The notes under the pieces were generated by a model. The model had not been told where the DNA came from, made no database searches, and saw only the letters and a program-made list of their open reading frames with translations. A DNA stretch of 64,000 nucleotides, from NCBI GenBank assembly GCA_021203765.1, contig JAJQAN010000026.1, positions 2,010 through 66,009 on the forward strand, in the 5' to 3' direction. Positions 35,535 to 43,821 of the stretch are shown here, piece by piece. Position numbers and translations under genes: made by a program. The stretch is from Coriobacteriaceae bacterium (GTDB taxonomy: Bacteria > Actinomycetota > Coriobacteriia > Coriobacteriales > QAMH01). How positions within the stretch are numbered: the first letter of the stretch is position 1; the number at the start of each line of letters is the position of its first letter.

Positions 35535-36391
35535 AGAACAACCCCGAAGAGCTCCTGCAAGATGAATGGAAGCGATAGGAGCACGTAGCCGACGACCGAG
35601 ACGAAGATGAGCGAGTCGCTGCGATCGAGCAGGCCGCCGTGCCCCGGCATGAGGTTGCCGGAGTCCTTGGTATGGAAACTGCGCTTGATGTGCGACTCGG
35701 TCAGATCGCCCATGATGCCGACGATGCCGCAGATGACTCCGCAGATGATGGCGTAGACATAGCCGAAACCGCAGTCGGGGACGACCAGGGGGATGAGCGC
35801 CCAGATGATGGTGCAGCACACAACTCCGGTTATAACGCCCTCCCAGGTCTTTTTAGGGGAGATCTTCGGGGAAAAGAGATGGCGCCCGTACAGCGATCCG
35901 CCCACGTAGGCAGCCGCGTCGTTGAGCCAGATGGAGATGAGCACCATCAGGGCGAGGAGCCCGCCTTGAAAGCCGGGAAGTTCGCTGCGTATCATCAAAA
36001 AGCCGACCAAGGTGAGCCCGCAGTACAGGTAGCCGAAAATGCTCAGGGCCACATCGACGATCGTGTCGTTGTCGTCTATGAAGAAGCGTATCAGCATGAT
36101 GCAGCCAACGATGAAGGCGACAAACATGGCGACCGCCAGGATGTGCGTCTGCTGGATGATGAAGCCGCAGATGAGCGGGATGGCCCCGGCGGCGACGGTG
36201 CCGATGATGACGTAGGGACGGTGCCCATCGGCCTGCGCCATCCGCAGAAACTCGTAGCAGCACAGGGCTGCGGTGATCGTGATGACGATGAGGGTCGTGT
36301 ACCACGACACCAGGGTGGCGATGATGAAGACGAGGGTGTAGATTGCGCCGACCGCGCTGCGCTTTGCGAAATCTCTCACGTTTAAGGCCAT
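35531..36391 (-). CDS. cdsA: Phosphatidate cytidylyltransferase
   Basis: Polytopic 286-aa protein with the C-terminal signature SHIKRSFHTKDSGNLMPGHGGLLDRSDS. Confidence 0.9.
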   Translation of the reverse strand: MALNVRDFAKRSAVGAIYTLVFIIATLVSWYTTLIVITITAALCCYEFLRMAQADGHRPYVIIGTVAAGAIPLICGFIIQQTHILAVAMFVAFIVGCIMLIRFFIDDNDTIVDVALSIFGYLYCGLTLVGFLMIRSELPGFQGGLLALMVLISIWLNDAAAYVGGSLYGRHLFSPKISPKKTWEGVITGVVCCTIIWALIPLVVPDCGFGYVYAIICGVICGIVGIMGDLTESHIKRSFHTKDSGNLMPGHGGLLDRSDSLIFVSVVGYVLLSLPFILQELFGVVL

Positions 36392-36399
36392 GGGAGAAC

Positions 36400-37176
36400 T
36401 CAGACCTTCCCGTAGCGACGGTCGCGGTCCTGGTAGGCGAGCAGAGCCCGGCAGAGCTCGTAGCGGTCGAAATCGGGCCAGAGGACATCGGTGACGTAGA
36501 TCTCCGCATAGGCCACCTGCCAGAGCAGGAAGTTCGACAGACGCATCTCCCCGCTCGTACGTATGAGCAGGTCGGGATCGGGCATGTCGGCGGTGTAGAG
36601 ACTGTCGGCGATGGCCATCTCATCTATATCGGCGGCGGACAGGTCGCCGTTCTCGACACGCTGCGCGATCGTCTGCACCGCATCGACGATTTCGAGACGC
36701 GAACCGTAGTTGACGGCGATGGCAAGCGTCATGCCATCGTTGTCCTTGGTCTTGGCGGCCGCCCGCTCGAAGACGCTGCGCGTCAGACGCGGGAGGTCTT
36801 CGGTACGCCCGAGCAGGCGGACGCGGACGTTTTCTGCGTCGAGGCCGCCCAGCTCGGCATCCATGGTCTCGGCGAACAGGTCCATCAAGCCGTTGACCTC
36901 GGTTTTGGGACGGTTCCAGTTTTCGGTGGAGAAGGAGTAGATGGTCAGATAGCCGATGCCCAGATCGTTGCAGGTCGTGATGGCCTCACGGACGGCCTTG
37001 ATACCGGCGGAGTGGCCTTTGCTCCTATCGAGGCCTTGGGCCTCGGCCCAGCGGCCGTTGCCGTCCATGATGATGGCGACATGTTGGGGAAGCGAGCAGC
37101 GGTCCAAGCGGGTGCAGTCCAGCCCTTCCGGCGGATCGGGAAAGATTTCACGAATTGTCGCCGGACGATCGGACAC
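36400..37176 (-). CDS. uppS: Undecaprenyl-diphosphate synthase (cis-prenyltransferase)
   Basis: HVAIIMDGNGRWA, TIYSFSTENWNRP, RTSGEMRLSNFLLWQ. GTG start overlaps the frr stop by 1 nt. Confidence 0.92.
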   Translation of the reverse strand: MSDRPATIREIFPDPPEGLDCTRLDRCSLPQHVAIIMDGNGRWAEAQGLDRSKGHSAGIKAVREAITTCNDLGIGYLTIYSFSTENWNRPKTEVNGLMDLFAETMDAELGGLDAENVRVRLLGRTEDLPRLTRSVFERAAAKTKDNDGMTLAIAVNYGSRLEIVDAVQTIAQRVENGDLSAADIDEMAIADSLYTADMPDPDLLIRTSGEMRLSNFLLWQVAYAEIYVTDVLWPDFDRYELCRALLAYQDRDRRYGKV

Positions 37177-37733
37177 TAGATCTCCATCACTTCGGCCTCT
37201 TTTTTCTCGAGGGCCTCGTCGATCTGTGCGATGTAGGAATCGGTCAGTTTTTGGAGCTCGTCTTCGAGACGATGGAGTTCGTCTTCGCTCATGTCCCCGT
37301 CCTTGTGCTCCTTTTCAAGCCTGTTTTTCGCATCGCGTCGCGCGTTGCGGACGCCGACACGGGCGTTTTCGGCGACCGACTTGCACTCGCGGACGATCTC
37401 GTGGCGACGCTCTTCGGTCGGCGGCGGGAACGGCAGACGGAGCATCTTGCCGACGTCGCTCGGGGTGACCCCCAGATCGGAGGACAGGATGGCCTTTTCG
37501 ATGTCGGAGACGAGACTTTCGTCCCACGGCTCGATCGTCATCATGTGGGCCTCGGGAACCTTGATGGCGGCGACCTGCGAGATCGGGGTCGGCGTGCCGT
37601 AGTAGTCGATGGTGATGTTTTCAAGGACGGAAGGAGACGGCCGGCCGGTGCGCAGGTTGGCGAAGTCGCGGTTGAGCATCTCCATGGCCTTCTTCATGCC
37701 AACCTCGGCATCCTGTATCTGTTCTGATGGCAT
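37176..37733 (-). CDS. frr: Ribosome recycling factor
   Basis: 185 aa. LRTGRPSPSVLENITIDYYG, VRNARRDA. Confidence 0.92.
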   Translation of the reverse strand: MPSEQIQDAEVGMKKAMEMLNRDFANLRTGRPSPSVLENITIDYYGTPTPISQVAAIKVPEAHMMTIEPWDESLVSDIEKAILSSDLGVTPSDVGKMLRLPFPPPTEERRHEIVRECKSVAENARVGVRNARRDAKNRLEKEHKDGDMSEDELHRLEDELQKLTDSYIAQIDEALEKKEAEVMEI

Positions 37734-37746
37734 AGAAGCGGCCTCC

Positions 37747-38493
<747 letters not shown>

Positions 38494-39057
38494 TCAGAGG
38501 CGTTCGACGAAACGCCCGTCGCGTGAATCGACCTTGACCTTGTCGCCGACGTCGATGAAAAGCGGCACCTTGACCTCGACCCCGGTTTCGAGCGTGGCCG
38601 GTTTGGTGCCGGACTGGACCGTGTTTCCCTTGAAGCCGGGTTCGGTGTCGGTGACCTCCATTTCGACGAACATCGGAGGTTCGACATTGATGAGCTCCCC
38701 GTCCGCATACTGCGCAAGGCAGGTGTCGCCTTCCTTGAACCATTGGGCGTTGCTGCCGAGCAACGCCGCCGGGACGTCGAGCTGTTCGTAGGTTTCGTTG
38801 TCCATGAAGTAGTAGGTGTTACCGTCGGTCCAGGAGTAGTCGACCTCTTTGGTCTCGAGACGGACCTCGTCGAACTTGTCGCCCGGACGGAAGGTGTAAT
38901 CGACGACACGGCCCGTTTCGACGTCCTTGAGCTTGGTGCGGATGAAGGCGCCGCCCTTTCCCGGTTTGACATGCTGGAATTCGACGATCGTGCAGAGCTT
39001 GTCGTTGTATTTGATGCACATTCCGTTTTTGAAATGGGAAGGCTGTACCGAGGCCAT
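38494..39057 (-). CDS. efp: Elongation factor P
   Basis: 187 aa. FQHVKPGKGGAFIRTKLK, ETGVEVKVPLFI. Confidence 0.92.
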   Translation of the reverse strand: MASVQPSHFKNGMCIKYNDKLCTIVEFQHVKPGKGGAFIRTKLKDVETGRVVDYTFRPGDKFDEVRLETKEVDYSWTDGNTYYFMDNETYEQLDVPAALLGSNAQWFKEGDTCLAQYADGELINVEPPMFVEMEVTDTEPGFKGNTVQSGTKPATLETGVEVKVPLFIDVGDKVKVDSRDGRFVERL

Positions 39058-39090
39058 GAATCTACCTTTCTTTCGACAACTCGAACTATT

Positions 39091-40194
39091 CTACTCTACT
39101 ATCAGCAGGTCATTGGAAAGCCCACAGAAATCCACGAATGAATCCTCGCCTATGCAGCCGAAATCCTCGATACGCACCCCGTAGCGACCGGGAAGGTAGA
39201 TGCCCGGCTCGACGGTCACGACGCTGTCTTCGGGAAGGGCGCTGTCGTTGGAGGGGCCGAGGGTGGGAAGCTCGTGGACGTCCAGGCCGAGACCGTGGCC
39301 GAGGGCGTGTCCCATCCTGTTCGCATAGCCGGCGTCGGCCAGGTGCTCTTCGGCCAGCTCATGCATCGCCTTCCCCGTCACGCCGGCGTGCAGGGCCTGG
39401 CGGACCGCCTCGTTCGCCCCGCGCACGGCCTCGTAGACGCGTCGCTGCTCGTCGTCGGGGCTTCCCAAGAAAATGGTGCGCGTCGTATCGGCACGGTAGC
39501 CGTCCTTGCAGGCCCCGAAGTCGAAAACGACGAAGTCGCCGAAGGAGAGGATGCGCTCGGAGGGGACGGCATGCGGATTGGCGCTGTTCGGGCCGCTTGC
39601 CACGATGTTGGGAAAGGAGAGCTCGTCGGCGCCGTTGCGGCGCAGGGCGATCTCGAGTTCGAGGGAAAGCTCGCGTTCGGTGAGACCCGGACGGATCTCG
39701 TCGAGCAGTTCGGTGAAGGCCCGTGCGGTGATATCCATCGCTGCACGGAGGCAGGCCAGCTCGTCGGCATCCTTGATGCTCCTCAGACACAAGATGTCGT
39801 CTTCGCGCTCGAGCAGGCGGGCTTTGGGAAGCTTGTCGACCAGGGCCCGATAGAGCTTGAGCGGTGTCATCGCATCGATGGCGACGGTGGCATCCTCGCT
39901 TTTCGCCTCGGCCAAGCAGCGGACGACGAAGCCCGAGATCCCGACGCGTTCATCGTCGATCTCCCAGAGGCCCTCGTCTGCCGCACGCTCGCGCAGGGCC
40001 GTGCTGTAGCGCATGTCGGTATGGAGTATGCATGCGTCGGCGGAGATGAACGCGCAGTGCGCCTCCTCGGAATCGAAGACGCCGGAAAAGCCGGTGAGCC
40101 AGATGAGGTCGGTCACCGAGCGCACGACGTAGGCGTCGATGCCCTCCTCGGCCATGAGCGCCCGCAGGCGCGCTATGCGCTGTGCCGCCTGCAT
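39091..40194 (-). CDS. M24-family Xaa-Pro aminopeptidase/dipeptidase
   Basis: The pita-bread metal ligand pattern is present (VFDFGACKDGYRADTTRT, GHALGHGLGLDVHE, TVEPGIY, VRIED). The efp-adjacent position is typical of pepP/pepQ. Confidence 0.85.
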   Translation of the reverse strand: MQAAQRIARLRALMAEEGIDAYVVRSVTDLIWLTGFSGVFDSEEAHCAFISADACILHTDMRYSTALRERAADEGLWEIDDERVGISGFVVRCLAEAKSEDATVAIDAMTPLKLYRALVDKLPKARLLEREDDILCLRSIKDADELACLRAAMDITARAFTELLDEIRPGLTERELSLELEIALRRNGADELSFPNIVASGPNSANPHAVPSERILSFGDFVVFDFGACKDGYRADTTRTIFLGSPDDEQRRVYEAVRGANEAVRQALHAGVTGKAMHELAEEHLADAGYANRMGHALGHGLGLDVHELPTLGPSNDSALPEDSVVTVEPGIYLPGRYGVRIEDFGCIGEDSFVDFCGLSNDLLIVE

Positions 40195-40196
40195 CC

Positions 40197-40634
40197 CTAG
40201 GATTCCTGTACGTGTTCGAGCAGCCGGTCGAAGGCACGCAGGTAGCCTTCGGTGCCTTCACCTTTGACCTGCCCAATGCAGGCATCGGCGATGACGGAGG
40301 TGCGGCGGAACTCCTCGCGTGCATCGATGTCGGAGATGTGTATCTCGATGACCGGGGTGTCGATCGAGGTGATGGCATCGTGGATGGCGTAGCTGTAGTG
40401 GGTGTGCGCCCCGGGATTGTAGATGATGCCGTCGTAGCCGTCCTGCGCGGCCTGTATCGTGTCGATGAGGGCGCCTTCGTGATTGGACTGGAAGCAGTCG
40501 ATGTCGACGCCGCGCTCGGCGGCGTAGTCGGCCACCATCTGCTCGACCTGTGGCAGGGTCGTCGTGCCGTAGATCTCCGGTTCGCGCTGCCCCAGCAGGT
40601 TGAGATTCGGTCCGTTCAACAAAAGGAACTTCAT
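40197..40634 (-). CDS. aroQ: Type II 3-dehydroquinate dehydratase
   Basis: MKFLLLNGPNLNLLGQREPEIYG, FQSNHEGALID, NPGAHTHYSYAIHDA. Confidence 0.92.
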   Translation of the reverse strand: MKFLLLNGPNLNLLGQREPEIYGTTTLPQVEQMVADYAAERGVDIDCFQSNHEGALIDTIQAAQDGYDGIIYNPGAHTHYSYAIHDAITSIDTPVIEIHISDIDAREEFRRTSVIADACIGQVKGEGTEGYLRAFDRLLEHVQES

Positions 40635-40644
40635 GGCGCCTCCC

Positions 40645-41772
40645 CTAACCGGCCTCGACGAGCTTCTCTTTGGCCTCGCACCAGGCGCTCAGGTGCACCA
40701 TCAGCAGATCGTCGTCGACCTCGACCAGCTCCCAGGAGGTGAAGTCGTGCGGCAGGACGAAGCGGATGGCGCCGCCCCTGGCCTTCTTGTCGCCCTTCAT
40801 CAGCTTGAGCAGACGGTCGGGATTGCAGGTCCACGCGAGCTCCTCGAGGCCGAGGGAATCAAGGAGCGCGTCCTGCTTGGCGACGAAGTCCGTGTCGGTC
40901 TCGAGCACCTGCACCGCCAGCCGTGCGGCAAAGCGCATACCTTCCGCAACGGCACGGCCATGCCCAATCTCGCCGTAGCCGGCGGCCGCCTCGATCGCAT
41001 GGGCGAGGGTATGACCGTAGTTGAGGCATTCGCGTATGCCGGAACTCTCCGTCGCGTCCTGTTCAACGACCTTCGCCTTGAACTCGGCTGTACGGGCCAC
41101 GACCTCCTCGAGCGCTTGATCGTCGTGTGCGCACAGGTCTTCGGCGTGGTCGCGGAGCCACTCGTAGAAGCTGCGCTCTGAGCAGACGACGGAGCTTTTC
41201 GCTATCTCGCCGAAACCGTTGGCCCAGTCCTCGTCGGTCAGGGTCCGCAGGCAGCGCGTGTCGGCGCAGGTGTAGATCGGCTGGTGAAAGGAGCCGACGA
41301 GGTTTTTGCCGCAGGGCAAATCGACGCCGGTCTTTCCGCCGATGGAGGCGTCGACCATCGCGAGCAGGGTCGTCGGAACCTGGACGAAGTCGATGCCGCG
41401 CATGTAGGTCGCCGCGACGAATCCGGCGAGGTCGCCGACGACACCGCCGCCTACCGCGACGAGCAGGTCGTCACGGCAGAGCTGGCGCTGGGCGAGTTCC
41501 TGCCAGAGCTCCGAGGCGATCTCGACGCTTTTCGAGGTCTCCCCCGAGGGGACGAGCGCATCGTAGACCTCGTAGCCCGCTTCTTCCAGACGCTTCTTGA
41601 CGAGCGTGGCATAGACCGGGCCGACCGTCTCGTCGGAGACGATCATGGCCGTCCTGCAGGGCTTGAGGGCAGCGACCTTCTCGCCGATGGTCGCAAGCGC
41701 CCCCTTCGCGACGCAGATCGTGTAGGAGCTGCCGTCCTTCAGGTTGACGGATATCTCGCGTTCCTCGCTCAT
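40645..41772 (-). CDS. aroB: 3-dehydroquinate synthase
   Basis: GGGVVGDLAGFVAATYMRGIDFVQVPTTLLAMVDASIGGKTGV, LNYGHTLAHAIE. Confidence 0.92.
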   Translation of the reverse strand: MSEEREISVNLKDGSSYTICVAKGALATIGEKVAALKPCRTAMIVSDETVGPVYATLVKKRLEEAGYEVYDALVPSGETSKSVEIASELWQELAQRQLCRDDLLVAVGGGVVGDLAGFVAATYMRGIDFVQVPTTLLAMVDASIGGKTGVDLPCGKNLVGSFHQPIYTCADTRCLRTLTDEDWANGFGEIAKSSVVCSERSFYEWLRDHAEDLCAHDDQALEEVVARTAEFKAKVVEQDATESSGIRECLNYGHTLAHAIEAAAGYGEIGHGRAVAEGMRFAARLAVQVLETDTDFVAKQDALLDSLGLEELAWTCNPDRLLKLMKGDKKARGGAIRFVLPHDFTSWELVEVDDDLLMVHLSAWCEAKEKLVEAG

Positions 41773-42293
41773 AGCGCTCCCCTTTCCTCGAGGACTTTGA
41801 TACAGGCTGTTGCTATCTCATGTACGGAGCGTCCCGACGTCTCGATGGTGATGTCGGCGGTCTCCTCGTAAAGCGGTATGCGCTCATCGTAGATTTCGGA
41901 GACCGGACGCGACCCGGAAAGCAGCGGGCGCGTCTCCGGCTGCGAGATCCGCCCGACGGCCTCATCCAAAGGAACCTTCAGGTAGATGACACAGCCGAGT
42001 TCTTTGAGTATGCGACGGTTTTCGGCTTCGAGGACGACACCGCCGCCGCAGGAGACGATCGAGCGTCCTTCCTGCGTGAGACCGCGGAGCACCTGCGTCT
42101 CGATGCGGCGGAAACCCGCCTCGCCGACGTCGTCGAAGATCTCGGGGATCTTGCGATGTTCGAGGGCCTCGATACGTTGGTCGAGGTCGATCAAGGAAAG
42201 CCCGGTCAGCTTGGACATACGACGGGACACGCTCGTCTTGCCCGAGCCCATGAATCCGATTAAGAGGATGTGATTGTTTGTCGGCTCGCCCAC
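41769..42293 (-). CDS. aroK: Shikimate kinase
   Basis: LIGFMGSGKTSV Walker A, SCGGGVV. 4-nt overlap with aroB. Confidence 0.9.
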   Translation of the reverse strand: MGEPTNNHILLIGFMGSGKTSVSRRMSKLTGLSLIDLDQRIEALEHRKIPEIFDDVGEAGFRRIETQVLRGLTQEGRSIVSCGGGVVLEAENRRILKELGCVIYLKVPLDEAVGRISQPETRPLLSGSRPVSEIYDERIPLYEETADITIETSGRSVHEIATACIKVLEERGAL

Positions 42294-42298
42294 GTGAC

Positions 42299-43444
42299 CT
42301 ACACCTGACCGATGCGGGCGAGATAGGCCTCCTTGGCCGCCAGGATGTCACAGAGCGCGTCCGATCCGAACTTGTGGAGATACGCATCGGCGAGTACGCA
42401 GGCGACCTCCGCCTCGGCGACCACCGCCGCCGCCGGAACGGCGCAGGTGTCGCTGCGCTCCGTGGATGCCTCGACCTGCTCGTGCGTGTCGGTATCGACC
42501 GTAGCGAGCGGCGCGGCAAGGGTCGGAATCGGCTTCATGGCAGCCTTGATGACGAGCGGCTGGCCGGTCGTCATGCCACCTTCCAGGCCGCCGGCGTTGT
42601 TGCTCAGACGTCCGTAGCCGTTCTCGTCGTAGGTGATGCCGTCGTGGACCTCGCTGCCGGGACGCTGCGCGGCCTCGAAGCCGAGCCCGAACTCGACGCC
42701 CTTGATGGCGGGAATGGAGAAGACGGCCGCGCCCAGGCGCGAGGTGAGGCGCTCCGGGCCGCTCGCATACGACCCGAGACCGGGTACCAGACCCTCGGCC
42801 TTCACGCAGAACTCGCCGCCCAACGACTCACCCGCCTCCTTGGCCGCATCGATCGCCTGCACCATGGCTTCGGTGGCCTGCGGGTCGGGACAGCGGCAGA
42901 CGGATTCCTCGACGTCGGCCGGTGTGAACTCGAGGGTCTCGTCCATGCTGGCCTCGCCGATGCGGGTGACGAACGAGCCGACCGATACATCGAGCGCGGC
43001 AAGCAGGGCCTTGGCGATGCCGCCGGCGGCGACACGGGCGGCCGTCTCACGTGCGCTCGAGCGCTCGAGGACGTCGCGCGCATCGTCGGAGTCGGTCTTG
43101 AGCATGCCGACCAGGTCGGCGTGTCCCGGACGCGGATGGGTTTCGCGCTCCATCCCGTCAGGCGCCGCACCCGTCGACGCCATACGGTCGGTCCAGTTCT
43201 TATGGTCGGCGTTGACGATCTGCAGGGTGATGGGACTGCCGAGGGTACGTGAGAAGCGCAGACCGGAGAGGACCTCGACATGGTCGGACTCAATCTGCTG
43301 CCTTCCGCCCCTCCCATACCCGCTCTGACGGCGAGCAAGATCGGCGTCGATCGCGTCGACGTCCACGTCGAGCCCGGCAGGCACACCGCTCACGATCACG
43401 GTCAGCGCCGGGCCGTGCGACTCTCCTGCCGTCACAAACTCCAT
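42299..43444 (-). CDS. aroC: Chorismate synthase
   Basis: MEFVTAGESHGPAL, GYGRGGRQQIE, PRPGHADL, SSARETAARVAAG. GAGGAG RBS lies 7 nt upstream. Confidence 0.92.
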   Translation of the reverse strand: MEFVTAGESHGPALTVIVSGVPAGLDVDVDAIDADLARRQSGYGRGGRQQIESDHVEVLSGLRFSRTLGSPITLQIVNADHKNWTDRMASTGAAPDGMERETHPRPGHADLVGMLKTDSDDARDVLERSSARETAARVAAGGIAKALLAALDVSVGSFVTRIGEASMDETLEFTPADVEESVCRCPDPQATEAMVQAIDAAKEAGESLGGEFCVKAEGLVPGLGSYASGPERLTSRLGAAVFSIPAIKGVEFGLGFEAAQRPGSEVHDGITYDENGYGRLSNNAGGLEGGMTTGQPLVIKAAMKPIPTLAAPLATVDTDTHEQVEASTERSDTCAVPAAAVVAEAEVACVLADAYLHKFGSDALCDILAAKEAYLARIGQV

Positions 43445-43485
43445 CTCATGTCTCCTCGTTGTTACGTTCGCTGTTACATCTAGGG

Positions 43486-43494
43486 ATTATACAG
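43486..43494 (-). promoter_or_regulatory. Putative promoter -10 CTGTATAAT upstream of aroC
   Basis: Forward sequence is ATTATACAG, about 42 nt upstream of ATG 43444. Confidence 0.45.
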
Positions 43495-43556
43495 GTTACA
43501 GCCCTGAACGCCGCATTTCTCCACGCAGATGCTGAGGAAGGCGTGCAGCTACCTTA

Positions 43557-43606
43557 GGAGGCGGGAGTGTGCCCTCGAAAACGTGGAGGGGGTACCTCCC
43601 GCCTCC
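43557..43606. repeat. Perfect 11-bp inverted repeat GGAGGCGGGAG / CTCCCGCCTCC with nested CCCTC/GAGGG stem
   Basis: Arms read directly at 43557-43567 and 43596-43606. The inner pair is at 43572-43576 and 43586-43590. No U-tract on either strand. Confidence 0.9.
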
Positions 43607-43617
43607 CTATGTACCTG

Positions 43618-43661
43618 CTGCGAGGTGCGACACCGCCTGCGAGCGCGTTGGAGGCTGCGAG
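43618..43661. repeat. Three phased CTGCGAG heptamers (19- and 18-bp spacing)
   Basis: Exact heptamers at 43618, 43637 and 43655. Degenerate relatives (TGCGGGAG, GTGCGAG, GTGCGAT) follow at 43676, 43713 and 43764. Confidence 0.8.
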
Positions 43662-43721
43662 GCGATTTCGGCGTTGCGGGAGCGAGGACTGTCTGAGCGC
43701 CGCCGCCAGGCGGTGCGAGTT

Positions 43722-43806
43722 CCGCAGGAGCAGAGGCAAAATCGTTGAGCGGGAGGCGACTCCGTGCGATGCGGGTGGCGCCGCGCCTCCTCCACCGCAG
43801 GAGCAG
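43722..43806. repeat. 12-bp direct repeat CCGCAGGAGCAG x2, 73 bp apart
   Basis: Exact copies at 43722-43733 and 43795-43806. The distal copy plus GTAC is complementary to GTACCTGCT at 43611-43619. Confidence 0.85.
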
Positions 43807-43821
43807 GTACCCCACGCCTCT

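Noticed and set aside
39138-39683. 181-aa arginine-rich plus-strand ORF
   Set aside because: It is a low-complexity R/P/G product lying antisense to the M24 peptidase gene, which makes it a GC-frame artefact.
43549-43815. 88-aa and 61-aa minus-strand ORFs, and the 326-aa plus-strand ORF starting at 43567, in the repeat-rich intergenic region
   Set aside because: Their composition is R/P/A-rich. They have no RBS and are built from the repeat elements themselves. The plus-strand ORF runs antisense into the secreted-protein gene.
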